Assembly (NCBI GenBank): GCA_013239625.1
Contig: MU053487.1
Location: forward strand, 434,001 to 498,000
Length of the DNA: 64,000 bases
From: Lama guanicoe
Lineage: Eukaryota
Reading direction: 5' to 3'
The notes under the pieces are model-generated. The model did no database searches and was not told the DNA's origin. It worked only from the letters and a program-made list of their open reading frames with translations. A program made the translations under genes and the position numbers. Positions 51,560 through 64,000 of this stretch are shown here, piece by piece. Position 1 is the stretch's first letter; each line of letters starts with the position of its first letter.

Positions 51560-52645
51560 CTGTTCCTATCAGTTCCATATCAGCACAAACTAATCTACTT
51601 CATACTTTTAAAAAAAGACTGTATTTTCTATTAGTTATTAAACCAACACATATTAACTGCGATTGGATCGTTTCGTTTTTCTTTTTTTGCTATTACAAAT
51701 GATGCTTCATTGAACATCTGCATACATCCTATCTTGAAGAACTTTTGCAGGTAAAGCCTTATGGAATTTTCTAGCAGTGAGCTTGATAGGCTAACGGTAT
51801 GTGCATTCTATGTTGACAGCGACTGCCAAATCACCCACACAAAAGCCCCACTAGTTACAGTACCATCAATCCCTGTCTTCCCACACTTCTGTTAGAACTA
51901 GACACCATCAAATGTCTACATTTTGGCAATCCAAAAGGTGTTAAAGATCTTCCATTGTTTGGATTAGTATTTCTTCACCTCCGGATGAAGTCAAGCCTCT
52001 CCTTATGAGTTTACTGATCATTAGTATTTCTTTTTCTCTGAACTGTCTGTCCTTATAAGAGCTCTTTGTGAAGTGCGGACATTAGCCTGTCAGATGTGCC
52101 GCTAATATTTTTCTCACTCATTTGACTTTCGGCTGTTTATGATTTATGGTTTTTGGACTTTATGTACTACTTAGTAAGGCTTTCCTCATTCTGCAGTAAC
52201 AAATATATGTTTCCAGGCTTTCTTCCAGAAGTTTTTGTTTTTCATTTGTTACAAACTTTGCTCCCTCCAGAACTTAATTCGGATTGGATTAAATTTATAT
52301 GACAATTTATGAAGAATTTAGACATTTAACATATGTAGTCTCTTGATCCAAGAAATGTTATGTCTTTCAATTTACTTACCTTCTTTTATGTGTCCAAAAA
52401 GAATCTTGAAGGTTTCTTCATTTAAGTCCAAGATCCTTTTTATTTGTGAATGCTCAGGTATTTGATCAGTTTATAGTTTTTAAAATAAAATGGTTTTGTC
52501 CATGAAATTTTCTCATACTAGTTATTGATTAGGGATACACTGCTGATTTCTATATACTAAATGTATAACCTTCCATTTTGCTGAATTATATGATTGCTTC
52601 TAATGGTTTTTAGTAATTCTCTAGCTTTCCCCCCCAGATATATAT
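51560..52645 (-). mobile_element. Very old L1ME-like fragment
   Basis: Reverse-strand L1 ORF2/3' motifs ('ttttttgctattacaaatgatgct', 'ggattggattaaatttata'). Confidence 0.6.
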
Positions 52646-52654
52646 TGTAAACAC

Positions 52655-53564
52655 TGTCGGTGTCTCATGCAGATTCCCTTTACAATGTTGACTGTTAACT
52701 ACTCACAGTTGCCCCTCCTCTGGGGAACTGCCTTTGGTTGGATGGAAGCTGAGTTGCCTGGGAGACAATATTCCCCTCCATCCGACCAAGCAGCTCATAG
52801 TCAATAACTAATGACTTGTTGATTTGGATGAAAAATAAAAGCTGGCCCCCTTGTTTCAAAATGGTACCAACTAACTCTGTGGTGCCATTCATGCTCCAGA
52901 GCTCCCTGTGGGATCAGGCTGAGGCTAGACTTCAGCTGAGACTACATCCCTGCTTAGTTCCTTTCCCTGCCTTGCCCTGCTCTCTCACTACATTTTTCCA
53001 AAGAGCACTCCTTCAGATTCCTTAAAAAACTAAAAACAGAGTTACCCTATGATCAAGCAATCCTACTCCTGGGCATACATCTGGAGAAAAATATAATTCA
53101 AAAAGATACATGCACACCAATGTTCATAGCAGCACTATTTACAATAGCCAAGACGTGGAAACAACCTAAACGTCCATCAACAGATGAATGGATGAAGAAG
53201 TTGTGGTATATTTATATAGTGAATACTACTCAGCCATAAACAAGAATAAAATAATTTGCAGCAATATGAATGAAACTAGGGATTATCATATTAAATGAAG
53301 CAAGACAAAGAAAGACAAATAGCATATGATATCATTTATGTGTGGAATCTAAAAAAATGATACCAATGAACTTACTTACAAACAGAAACAGACTTTCAGA
53401 CATAGAAAACAAACTTATGGTTACCAAAGGGGAAAGGAGTGGGGAGGGATAAATTAGGAGTTTAGGATTAGCAGATACAAACCACTATATATAAAACAGA
53501 TAAAAAACAAGGTCCTCCTGCTCAATATCTTGTAATAACCGGTAATGAAAAAGAATATGAAAAG

Positions 53565-53600
<36 letters not shown>

Positions 53601-53776
53601 TAAATGAATCACTATGATGTACACCAGAAACTAACCCAACATTGTAAATCAACTATACTTCAATAAAAATAAATAAATAAAATACAATAAAATAAACAAA
53701 GAGCAATCCTTCAATAAATCACATGCTTGTGCATCCCTGTCTCAGGCTTTGCTTCTAGGAAACCCAGTCAAAGGCA
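52655..53776 (+). mobile_element. ERVL LTR (LTR16-like), split by an L1 insertion
   Basis: 5' part 52655-53015; 3' part 53698-53776 'aataaatcacatgc...ccctgtctcaggctttgcttctaggaaacccag'. Confidence 0.75.
53016..53697 (+). mobile_element. Young 5'-truncated L1 containing a (TA)n tract
   Basis: L1 ORF2 end and 3'UTR; TSD aaagagca(c/a)tccttca at 53000-53015 and 53698-53713. Confidence 0.92.
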
Positions 53777-56700
53777 ATATACAATTCTATTGATTAAATG
53801 AACATTTCTTAGACAAATGTTACTGGGCATCTGTAATGTGCTAGCACTTTCTAGACAGGTATCTGAACTTACGAAGTTCCCTGTCTTGTGGAGCTACATT
53901 TTAGTGGGAGATGCTGACAACGAACAAGTAAACAAAAAGATAAATATATGACAAAGAGGATAAGAAAGCAGTGTGTGTGTGATGGGGTGAGGATACTTTT
54001 AAAAGAGCACTGAGAGAAGGTATACTAGTTACCTTACTTTTGGTGCAAGTAAACAGAGGACCCAACTCAATGTGGCTTAAGCAGAAAGGAAATTTATTAT
54101 ATCACATAACAAAAAGCCTGGACGTAGGAGAGCTTCCTAGTTAGAAGAATTAAAACATCACCAAGGAATCAGGTTTTTTTTTTCTGTCTTCTTGTTTTGC
54201 TACCCTTGGTGCATCAGTTTTGACCTGCCGACAAAAGAAACGAAGGTTCTGAGGCAGAGTTAAGTGTTAAACTGCAAAGAGTAGTCTGGAGGCAAATTTA
54301 GTGTAAAGTCTTGGGGGTTTACTCACTTATAGGTATAAAAGAGAGAATTCAGCTTCTGAAGACTGCCCCTGATCAAGGGCAAGGGGGTTCTATAAAAGGT
54401 AGAGGTCACAAATTTTCACAAAGAAAAATGATTTCTGGGTTGAAACAACTCCTTTGATTGCTAGTTCAAAGTTGGCTGGTTATAGTGGAGCTGGATATAG
54501 CTGACTTGTATGCCTCAAGTCAGTTTTCTGAAAAGCAGCTGCTCTGGTTCCTTCTGGGAAAGCAGTTGCTCTGACTCCTTGCTGTATTACTGGCTCAGAG
54601 CCATGCAGTGAGCAAGTCTGAATGCATATATTCAAGGTTCAGCAAACATTTCTTTTATCACTTTCCTCATGGTCACAAGATAGCTGCAGCAGTTCCAGAG
54701 GTCAGATCCAGAAGAGGGTATCTTGGGTCATGCTGTAATAGCAATTTATCAAGCTTTCAATACGTTCTTTCAATAGTTAAGACTAGGTAGGCTAGATACA
54801 ATGCGCTGGATTCAGAATGCAATACTCATTTTTCCCCAAGCCATGAAGCCAAAAAATATTGGTCATAATGAGAATCATGGTGACTCACAGTTCTAAAAAG
54901 GGCAGGTTGAATCATGAAAGGACAAAAGATTCTAAGCAAATTTCCCAAAGAAATATCCAATTCCATTTGCATCAGACTATCTTGTTGTCTCAGTAAATGT
55001 TGTTCAGGAGCTTTGATAACATGTTGAATAATCCCTGAATTCAAGGGCCTTTGTAATCACTGAACATTTTAAAGAGTTATACGTCTTTGCACTGCCCCCC
55101 CTAACCTATCCACGTTAAGTTCTGTCTAACTATACTACTTGAGGAGGAAGCTGAGCTTTCAAAAAGCACAGTTCTGGAAAAGAGTAGGAACTAAAGGCCA
55201 GGAGTCCCAGCCCTTTCTTCTAGGAAAAATAATGGATTTTATTTCAACTCATTGCTAATAAATTCACTGTCTACAGCCTGGGAAATTTGCCTCGAGGCTA
55301 TTGCAATACACGGACTCGAGGTACTTTTGGAGCTATTTCAATGGTGGAGCTACCATGTACTTACCTTGTAATGTTAAAAAAAAAATAGGGGAAGAGAGGA
55401 GAAAACCTGAGGAGATTATTAGCCTAGAAAAAGTGCTGAAGGAGAGGAGAAGGTCTAGGGACCACACAGACAGGCCAAGCCAGTTTCGCAATTTTACCTG
55501 GGGCCAGGTTGAAATGGTTGACTTCAAAGCTACTGCAACTGGTTGAACCACATCTTCTCTGTCCTAACTCCATAAGCTCTTTGGCTATAAGCTTCATTCA
55601 TAATTGCAACTGGCTTGTCATTAGTTAATTTGATTCTTCTTCTTAAATCAGTTTCTTATCAAGTCTACCTTCCTAGTTTGGTCTCCTTTTCACATAAGCA
55701 ATGCTATATCTCTTTCAAAAGATTTAAGCACTTTATGGTCCGGTTTACATTCTGGTTAGCTGGTTATAGAGGTTGTACTGGCAGACCAGATAAAAACAGC
55801 TGGCAGAACATTTTTGCTGAGTGTCTGCTGTATGCCAGCAGGGGATGAGACAGGCAAGATAGCCCTTTCCTTAAAGTGGTTAGCAATTATTCTTCATTGC
55901 TACTGGAGTTGGTAGATACTAAGTCACTTAGGAGACACCATTTCACAGTCAGTAGGCATTCATGAACAAACTTTATTGTTTTAGGGGTAGAATTCAAAAG
56001 AAGGAATGTTGTGCCAGCCTCCCCCAGCTTTCCAGAGGAACTTGGTGCTTTTTCTCAAGATATCCATCTCCATCAGAGAGTGAGGGCACAGCAGTGGGAA
56101 GCTTGGGTCCGGATGGGATGGCATGATGCTGATACACTGGGTAAGTCCATAGTACATTATCTTTGGTTGCCTCAGTCTTCCACCAAATATTTAAAAAACT
56201 TCAGTTCACATGTGGGCAATTGCATTCATTCTTTTATTTATTCATCTAAAAATATCCATTGAGCACCATTTGTGGATAGATGAGAACTATCGGCATTATT
56301 CTCAAGATGGAGGCTTTCAGGAAACCTCTTTTCTGGTACCTCTATAGGCTGACTGGCTTTAGCTTGAGATGCTCTTTGCAATAAATGTTATGTTCGCAGG
56401 TCTGAGGTTTGGGATGGGCTCCCTCAGCTTCCTACAAATGAGGACCTCGGTTGTAGAAAGGAAAATGGGATGTTTCTGTTGAAATCTTGATGATATCCTG
56501 ACCATGGATATATTACGACTAGAAAGACATTCATAAGGAGGAAATGATATGCTGGTGGTTGTATATTTTCAGGCATTATCTCTTGACTGTGATGTTCCTA
56601 GTGTCCTCCAAAGACCATTTTCCTTGATTAATGTACCCCGAGACCCAAGCTACCAAGTGCCAAGACTTCCTGCCATATCCTCATTTTGACTCTCTTCACT

Positions 56701-57011
56701 GTGGAAACCTGTAGTGATCAACTGTATCCTCATTGTCCTAGGTGACCAGTTGTGTAACCATCTTCCCCACTTCTGCTGACCACTATCTAAAAGACACAAG
56801 TGGCCAAACTGCACAAGATACCCAATCGACATCCAGGCTCAAACAAAACAGGCATGGATTTCTTTGCTTAACTGTTTTCTCTTTCGGTTGTAAGAATGAA
56901 TCTTTATCCATTCAATAAATTGTTGAGCCTCTTTATGTATAAGCAAAATACTCTGCCTTCAGAAGTAGTTTCACTGGTAAAAGCTTCTCTTCAGAATATT
57001 TACTCCTATAT

Positions 57012-57282
57012 GTGTGGGGGGTAGCAAGCTTCCAAGATGGCCCTCCAGTGATGCTCACCTCCAGTTCTTCCCAATTTTTTTGTAGCACCCCCTCCCATAT
57101 TGTATCAGGATTGATCTGTGAACATGGCAGAAGTAATGGTATGTGACTTCCAAGGCTTGGTCATAAAAAAACATTGTGCTTTGCCTGGCTACCCACAGGA
57201 ACTATAATATAATCCAAGTTCATTATTTTAAGCCACTACATTTTGTGGTAATTTGTTATGCAGAAGTAGTTACCTCAATATG
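57012..57282 (+). mobile_element. MaLR LTR (MLT1) with an internal deletion
   Basis: 'cttccaagatggccctccagtgatgctcacc...tttaagccactacattttgtggtaatttgttatgcag'. Confidence 0.72.
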
Positions 57283-58194
57283 GTATGAGGCCAGAGTTAA
57301 TCCATTTGAGGCTTTAAAATGGGGTTTAATGGATCAAAATGATTTGCAACAATAGAAATAAAAAATTATAATTGTATATCACAAAATTAGTTTAGCAAAC
57401 TATCTAGCTTTTAAAAAGTAATTTAGCTCTTATTGCTAAAGATACCATTAAAACATGATTTTTCCTACAATAATCAACATATATAATGAAGTTAAATATG
57501 CCAACTTTATAGGAAAAATTACCTGAAGATTTTAGAAATTGTAATAGATGGAGCCTGGCTTAACAAATTTTAAGAAGATTCTTAAAACAGTTAATATTAA
57601 ATATGAAAGAATATCAAAAAAGAAAATTTAAGGAAATTGATTTCCAATTTTTCAGAATTTAAGAATCAGTTTTCTTCTCTTAATAATAGCTATCATTCAT
57701 TAAGTCCTTACAATAATCTTGTGAGGAAAGTATGATGCCTAAACTTGAGCTGAGGAAACTGAGGCTTGGACAACTTAATTTGTTTAAAGTCATCCAAATA
57801 GTAGGTAATTGAGCTAGAATGTGTCTCCTTATCCTGTACTTTTTCCATTACATAGAAAATGATTTCCATTATCCTTCCATGACAGAACATTTTTCTAAAA
57901 TTAGTTTTTAGGTTTGATATGTGTTGAATGTCATTTAAGCGAGCACTACACATGGAAAACGAGCAGACTGAACAGATACTTATAATTTGGGCTTAAAAAA
58001 AAAGTCCTACTCTTAAGTGAAAAGAAAGGGGTTGGTCTTCTCAGTTATTCAAAATTCCTCCATCTTTTATCTATTCTTCCACTCACTAATTGCTCATCTT
58101 GTTTACCATGGATAATTGTAAAACTGGTGAGAACTTAAGCTTACATAGAGAGCAAGTAATTACCCACTAGTTAACATTTAGTTGATAAAGATAC

Positions 58195-58381
58195 CCTTTC
58201 AAAAATATTTTTATTGGTGTATAGTCAGTTTACAATGTTGTGTCAATTTCTGGTGTACAGCACAATGCTTCAGTCATATAGGAACATACATATATTTGTT
58301 TTCATATTCTTTTTCACCATAAGTTACTATAAGATACTGAATATAGTTCCCTGTGTTATACAGCAGAAACATGTTGTTCAC
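58195..58381 (-). mobile_element. Short young L1 3' tail
   Basis: Reverse L1 3'UTR end; TSD ataaagatac at 58185-58194 and 58382-58391. Confidence 0.88.
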
Positions 58382-59504
58382 ATAAAGATACTCTTATATG
58401 TAACTTATGACCCAATATACTTTATACATAACAAGAAATATTCCCCAGCTAACATTTAGCTAATACACTGATGTCCTTTGCTTTTGCTTTTTCTTCTTCT
58501 TTTTTTCCCTTCTTCTTCTTCTTTTTTTTTTTTAACATAGCAGATGTGACCTTTTGATGTTTGGTAATCTATGCATCAGGAAACCTCACAAGTGCTCATC
58601 TTAACCATGACATACCCATAAGAATTAATAAGTTTTCTCTTACTTTTTTAGTTTTCCTACTCTGAGCATTTTATATAAAGCAACCAGTGTCTACTCTGTA
58701 AGTGCCTTTGTGAGTAAAATTGTCTATTTAATAAATATATCATGACCATAGTATGTATTTTGTGATTCCATTTCTATAAAGAACTTCTGTCCTTTCTATA
58801 CAATGGAAGATAACGTGCGTTGCTGAAATGCTTTGGTTTTTGCTTATGAATTTGGCTTTTACTTTCTTTCAATGTGCTGTACAGTCTTCTGTACATTTTC
58901 CCACATTACTTCCTTTAGGAAGGGCCCACATTTTAGTTTTTTTACATCAATCACAAGTAAATACTTTGAAATACAATCCTATGCTGTAATACTAATGTAG
59001 TTTAGAGAAATAAAAACATTTTTTTCACAGTGTTTGAGACCATAAAATGTAATTTAAAGACTTTTTGTTGAATAATTAGTTCATTTAACACGAGACTCCT
59101 TCTCCTCTGTCTTTCCTCCCTTCCTCCATATTTACCCCATCAGCACCAATCCACCCCTTACTGCCAGCCTCAGCAGATGTTGTGCCTTTTTGCTCGATGC
59201 GTGGAAGTATGTGCTTGGCCTTGCCTCTCCCATCTCCCTGTGGACTCTGGTTCATCAGGTACCCCCTTCATTCCTTTGGCTTCATTCTCTCCCTCTCTGC
59301 TACCTCTGGCCTGCTGCTTATAAGTGAGTTCAAAATTCCCAGTCTGATAATAAAACCAAAATATCCCAACCTGAGAAGAAAATCAAAGACCTCTCTGCAG
59401 AAATTAACTTAAGAAGAGGTAGAAAACATTAGTGGGTCAATAACTAGCAGAAGAAACTGAAAAAAATTAAAAGAAAAAATCATTAATTAATCATTAATGA
59501 TAGT

Positions 59505-59735
59505 AACTACATTCGTTGGCCTTGCTAAACATTCAGCTATGTTTAAGTGCCATGCTGAACACTTCACATAAATTATCTTATTTAATCCTCAACAACAATA
59601 TGAGTTAGATGTATCATTAAAATGTTAATATAATTTTACAGAAAGGGAAACTGAGGTTTAAAGTTGCCCAGTGTTAAACAGTTTTACTTATTTCACTTCT
59701 TGGAAAGAGCTGGAGTAGGACCCAGGTCTGTTTTA
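59505..59735 (-). mobile_element. MIR
   Basis: 'attatcttatttaatcctcaacaacaata...ttttacagaaagggaaactgaggttta'. Confidence 0.75.
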
Positions 59736-60219
59736 TTCTCTCAGCTGTTTCTTCACTTGGCCTAGCCAATTTAATGAGTGATAATGCAACACCTTTGTGT
59801 GTCTTTTGATGGAAGATAATAAATCGCTTTCCAATTTTCTTGGGAAAATGCCTTACTCTTCCAAACCTGTACTATACAAAGATGCAAAAATCTTAAAATT
59901 TGGCAAAATAAATCCAGGATTGTATTAAAAAAATTAATGCTGTCTTACTTGAGAGAGTTTATTTTAGTAATATATGTACATAAATCACATACCTGTCCTG
60001 TACCATCATAGGTCATTCTCGTCAATGGTCAAATATTTTCATTGGAAACCGTACACAGAGGCTCACGCTTAGATGCAAGCAACTCCCTGCTGACATGCAA
60101 ACTCCCATCCTCTTCATTTTCTGCCATTTTCACTTTCCATCCGCATGGACGCCTTAGCTTGCTTGGGCTTTCGCACCACCAGAACTGCCCCTGATGATAT
60201 CCAATTCAATGATCAATTT

Positions 60220-60372
60220 CCTTTCTTCTTTTTTTTTTTAAGTTTTTTTTTGGGGGGGTAAGGTAATTAGGTTTATTTATTTATTTATTTAGGTTTAATG
60301 GACACGCTGGTGACCAAAGCCAGGATCTTGTGCATGCTAGGCATGCACTCAACCACTGGGCTATACCCTCAC
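60220..60372 (-). mobile_element. tRNA-Ala-derived SINE (Vic-1-like) inserted in an L2 fragment
   Basis: 'ggtaattaggtttatttatt...caggatcttgtgcatgctaggcatgcactcaaccactgggctataccctc'. Confidence 0.88.
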
Positions 60373-60687
60373 TGCAAAGATCAGTTTTCATTCTAACAGC
60401 AATTGGCATGCTTGGCCATTCCCTCCTTTTTGAAATATTCCCTCCCCTTGGTCTCTGGTCCATCCCTTTATTATGGTTCTGCCCCTGTGGTTCTGGTGGC
60501 TCCTTCTGTCTCCTCTTCATCATCTTCCTGAGCTCCAAACACTGGAGGGACCCTGCCTCAGGTTTGAGAGCTCCTTTTTTCTCTGTCCACCTCATGATCT
60601 CTTCCAGTCCTGGCTTTTAAAATTTTTTATATTTTAAATTAGTTTTTATTTTATTGAGGTAATAGATACACATTTCTATTAGAAACT

Positions 60688-61680
60688 TGTGAGAGAATGG
60701 AAAAAAATATATAGATATATATACGTTGGTCTCTGCCCCCAATTCTTATGACACAGGGCTCCTAAAACCCTTGAAATTTCCTAAGTGATAAGAACACTAG
60801 GAGCATCTCTTGTTTTAATATTTGTCTTTGACCCCGTCCTAACACAGGGCTCCTAAAACACAGTTAAGAGAATCAAACAAACTGGGGTCCTACTCCAGGG
60901 GTCCTACTGCCTTGCAAATTCCTAAGGGATAAGAGTCCTAGGGGCATCTTTTGTTCTATTGAGCTGATTTGCGTTGGCTCCTGGATGGCTCTTGACTGGG
61001 GGCTGGTCACCAGGATTAGAAGCTTGGAATCTTCACCTTTACCCCTCATCCTCCAGAGACGAGGACATAGCTAATTATTAAAAATTGATTATGCCTACAT
61101 GAGGAAGCAGAGAATCCTGACAGCATGGGGTTTGGAGAGCTTCCAGGTTGCTGAACACATGCACACCTGGAGAGTGAGACATCCCAACTCCAAGGGTACA
61201 GAAGCTCCTGCACCCAGGATTCTCCCAGACCTCACCCTAAATATCTCTCTCTTCATCTGGCTGTTCATCTGTACCTTTTATCATTTCCTGTAATAAACTG
61301 GGAAAAGTGTTTCCCTGAGTTCTGTGAGCCACTCTAGGAAATTGATCGAACCCAAGGTGGGGTGGTCATTGGAACCTCTAAACTCTAGCTGCTTGGTCAG
61401 AAGCACAAGTGACAACCCAGGCTTGCCTCTGGCATCTGAAGTGCACTGGGGGGCAGGGGAGCAGTCTTATGGGACTGAGCCCCTTATCTGGGGGATCTGA
61501 CACTACCCCCAGGTAGACAGTGTTAGATGTAAGTTGTAGGACATCCAGCTTGTTGTTGTAGCGAAAAAAAGCCACACATTTGGTGACCACAAGTGTCAGA
61601 AGTGAAGTGTTCTCTGTGTCGGTAGAGGAGACACACAGGAAAGAAAGACAGTGGGGAAGAACTGGGTTGTTCCCAACAAC
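60688..61680 (+). mobile_element. MER21-like LTR
   Basis: Internal repeat 'acacagggctcctaaaac' (twice); 'cagaagctcctgcacccagg', 'gtgtttccctgagttctgtgagcc', 'ttggtgaccacaagtgtcagaagtg'. Confidence 0.75.
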
Positions 61681-62941
61681 TATGAGTTTTTCCTTTTTAG
61701 TACTGAAAAAGCTTATGACAAAATACAGCATTTCTCCTTTTCCATCCCTCCCTAATTTCTTCGTTCTTCCTCTCTAGAAGCAATTAATGTTTACTTCTTA
61801 GCTGTCTCCTCTGGCATTTATATCTCTACCTATTTGTAAATAATATGCACATGCTACCTTTAGATACGATCTAGCAACTTCATATTATGGTAGATGTAAA
61901 TTTATTCTCTTACAGTGCCATTCCCTCTCCTACTGTCCTTCATCATCTGGATATAGTTATAATATTTGGTCAAGTCAATATTCAGTGTTTATATTACTAT
62001 ACACATGCATATGTAACTCCCAACAGAGTGTTGCAGTGTTTTATGATTAGGTTTTTAACATATCTTCCAGTTCATCTTGTAAACGTCACTTATCTTAAAT
62101 TTGGTTTATAGTATTTTTCTGCTGTCAAATTCTATTTGGTCCTTTTATAAATACGGTATGCCACTTTTTATAGTTTCCGGTTTCCTGTTGAAATTCTCAA
62201 ACGTGGCTTTTGTGTCCTTTAGCATAGGAAGTGCGCTTGTGTCGCTATTTGTGTTCGGTAATTCCAGAATTTGGAGGCCTCCAGGGTTGCGACTGATGTC
62301 AGTTACTTCTACTGGTTCTTGTTCATGTTACCTTGACTCCTCAAGTGTCTAGTTATATTTGACTGTGTGTTGAACAACATATTTCAAAAATCAGTTACAG
62401 AAATAAGTCGACTCAGGAAGCCGTTATCTCCCTCCAGCGGGGATTTGCATTTGCTTCTGCCAGGCTCCTGGGACCACCAGTAACCGCAGATCACTTTAAT
62501 CTAATTTCAAAGCTCTAGATTTTGGGTCTACCCCATGATTCAAAGCTGGTGACAATCTCTGTGAAGGCTGGTTTACTGTCAATTTACTCTTGCTTCTAGG
62601 GTGTGGCCCTTTGAGATCCTAATCCAAAACAGATCGTTTACAGGGTACCCAACCACAGTAGGCTCTAAACTCTGATTTGTGGGAGTGGGAAGCTTTCAAA
62701 AGCATGAAAACTCAGCCACCTCTTTAGAGTGGTAAACGCCCAGGGAGTAAATGACCTTAATACTATGCCCACCTTCCATTCCATCCTCTCCTGTATCCTG
62801 CCTCAGTATCTTGTGATATTTGTGAGCTTATTAGTGCTTTAAAAAGTGTTAATTAAATATTCTGTGCAGCTGTTTTTTTTATTCTCTTTTAATTTTTATT
62901 GAAGTATTGATTTACAAATGATGGCAGTCAGGTGTTAAGGA

Positions 62942-63290
62942 CTATACATTTATATGCTTGCATTTTCCCCAAAATTCATATGTTGAAGCCCTAACCTCCA
63001 ATGTGATGGTATTTGGAGCTGGGGCTTTTTGAAGGTGTTTATGCCGTGAAGCAGAGCCCTTGGGAAAGGATGGGTGCCCTTATAAGAAAAGACACGAGTG
63101 TCTTCCCTTGCTGCCCTCCACCATGTGAGGATTCAATGAGAATACGGCTTTCTGAAAACTAGGAAGAGGGTCCTCACCAAAAACAGAATCTGCTGGGTCC
63201 TTGGACTTTTGAACTTTTCAGGTTTCAGAACCATGAGAAGTAAATGTCCGTTGTTGAAGCCACCCAGTCTGTGGCATTTTTGTTACGGTG
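62942..63290 (+). mobile_element. MaLR LTR (MLT1A-like)
   Basis: 'ccccaaaattcatatgttgaagccctaacctccaatgtgatggtatttggag...ccacccagtctgtggcatttttgttac'. Confidence 0.82.
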
Positions 63291-63647
63291 TAGTAGACAG
63301 AATAATGTTCCCCCACAAAGATGTCCACATTCTTGTGTATACAGTGGAATGTTACTCAGCCATAAAAAAGAAGGAAATCCTGCCATTTTTGACAACATGG
63401 ATGGACCTGGAGGATGTTTGTTAGCACAGAAACTACCATTTAAAGTTGTCAGCTGCATCTCTGTTAGTCTACATCCCCCAGGAACCCTTTGTTTTGGGAG
63501 GGGGATTCCTTTTAATCAGGTAGATGCTGGCAAGCAAGGGGGGTGTTGCTGGACACTCTACGAGTCGTCAATGCTGCGCTTCTCATGTGTCCTTTGGTAG
63601 GAGTGGGAAAGTTGATGGGAGAAAGTCAGTCAATTTTCCCAAAGACA

Positions 63648-63826
63648 GTGGGGGAGGGTATAGCTCAAGTGGTAGAGCACATGCTTAGCATGCACAAGGT
63701 CCTGGGTTCAATCCTCAGTATCTTCATTAAAAATAAATAAACCTAATTACCTACCCTCCTGCCAAAAAAAAACCCCACCCTAAAACAATATGACAATTAA
63801 TAAATAAAAAATATTTGAAAAAACAT
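63648..63826 (+). mobile_element. tRNA-Ala-derived SINE (Vic-1-like)
   Basis: 'ggggagggtatagctcaagtggtagagcacatgcttagcatgcacaaggtcctgggttcaatcctcagta'; flanking duplication ttttcccaaagac. Confidence 0.92.
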
Positions 63827-64000
63827 TTTTCCCAAAGACTAACGGGTCTTCTTGGAAGGAGGTTATTGAGATCCTGACCACTTTCCTTGGGAGGATCAGT
63901 GTTAAATATATCGTCTCTGATGCACTGAAGTGCCCCTGACCTGAGACTGCAGCAAAAGACACCAGGACTTACCCCGGAGAAATTCACCAAAGGAGAGGGG

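Noticed and set aside
63650..63726. Possible tRNA-Ala genes (this and the other ten copies)
   Set aside because: Mismatched stems, SINE-specific tails and TSDs show they are retroposed SINEs.
1..64000. CRISPR arrays, operons or prokaryotic defence systems
   Set aside because: The sequence is mammalian intron and intergenic DNA. Direct repeats are TSDs, microsatellites or dispersed retroelements, not regularly spaced arrays.

Overview
Eukaryotic (mammalian) genomic DNA, most likely camelid (alpaca/llama/camel), judged from 11 copies of a tRNA-Ala(AGC)-derived SINE resembling the camelid Vic-1 family. The only protein-coding gene I can support is the 5' end of CLASP2 on the minus strand: a CpG-island promoter (~12.3-13.15 kb), coding exon 1 (12722-12528, 195 nt), a 12,275-nt intron 1 and coding exon 2 (252-174, 79 nt). 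The gene continues off the left edge. The remaining ~51 kb is upstream intergenic DNA (towards PDCD6IP if human synteny holds, recalled and not shown here). It is dominated by interspersed repeats: young 5'-truncated L1s with target-site duplications (TSDs), SINEs, old L1M/L2/MIR, MaLR/ERV LTRs and DNA-transposon fossils. Almost all ORFs in the six-frame track are chance ORFs or repeat-derived. I found no convincing novel biological system. The most interesting observations are a fragmented hAT/Charlie transposase fossil that the ORF track does not reveal, several nested insertions with clean TSDs, a 17-nt micro-insertion, and a compact CRE/palindrome/CCAAT promoter module. Repeat family names come from memory of consensus sequences, and repeat boundaries without TSDs are approximate (tens of bp or more).
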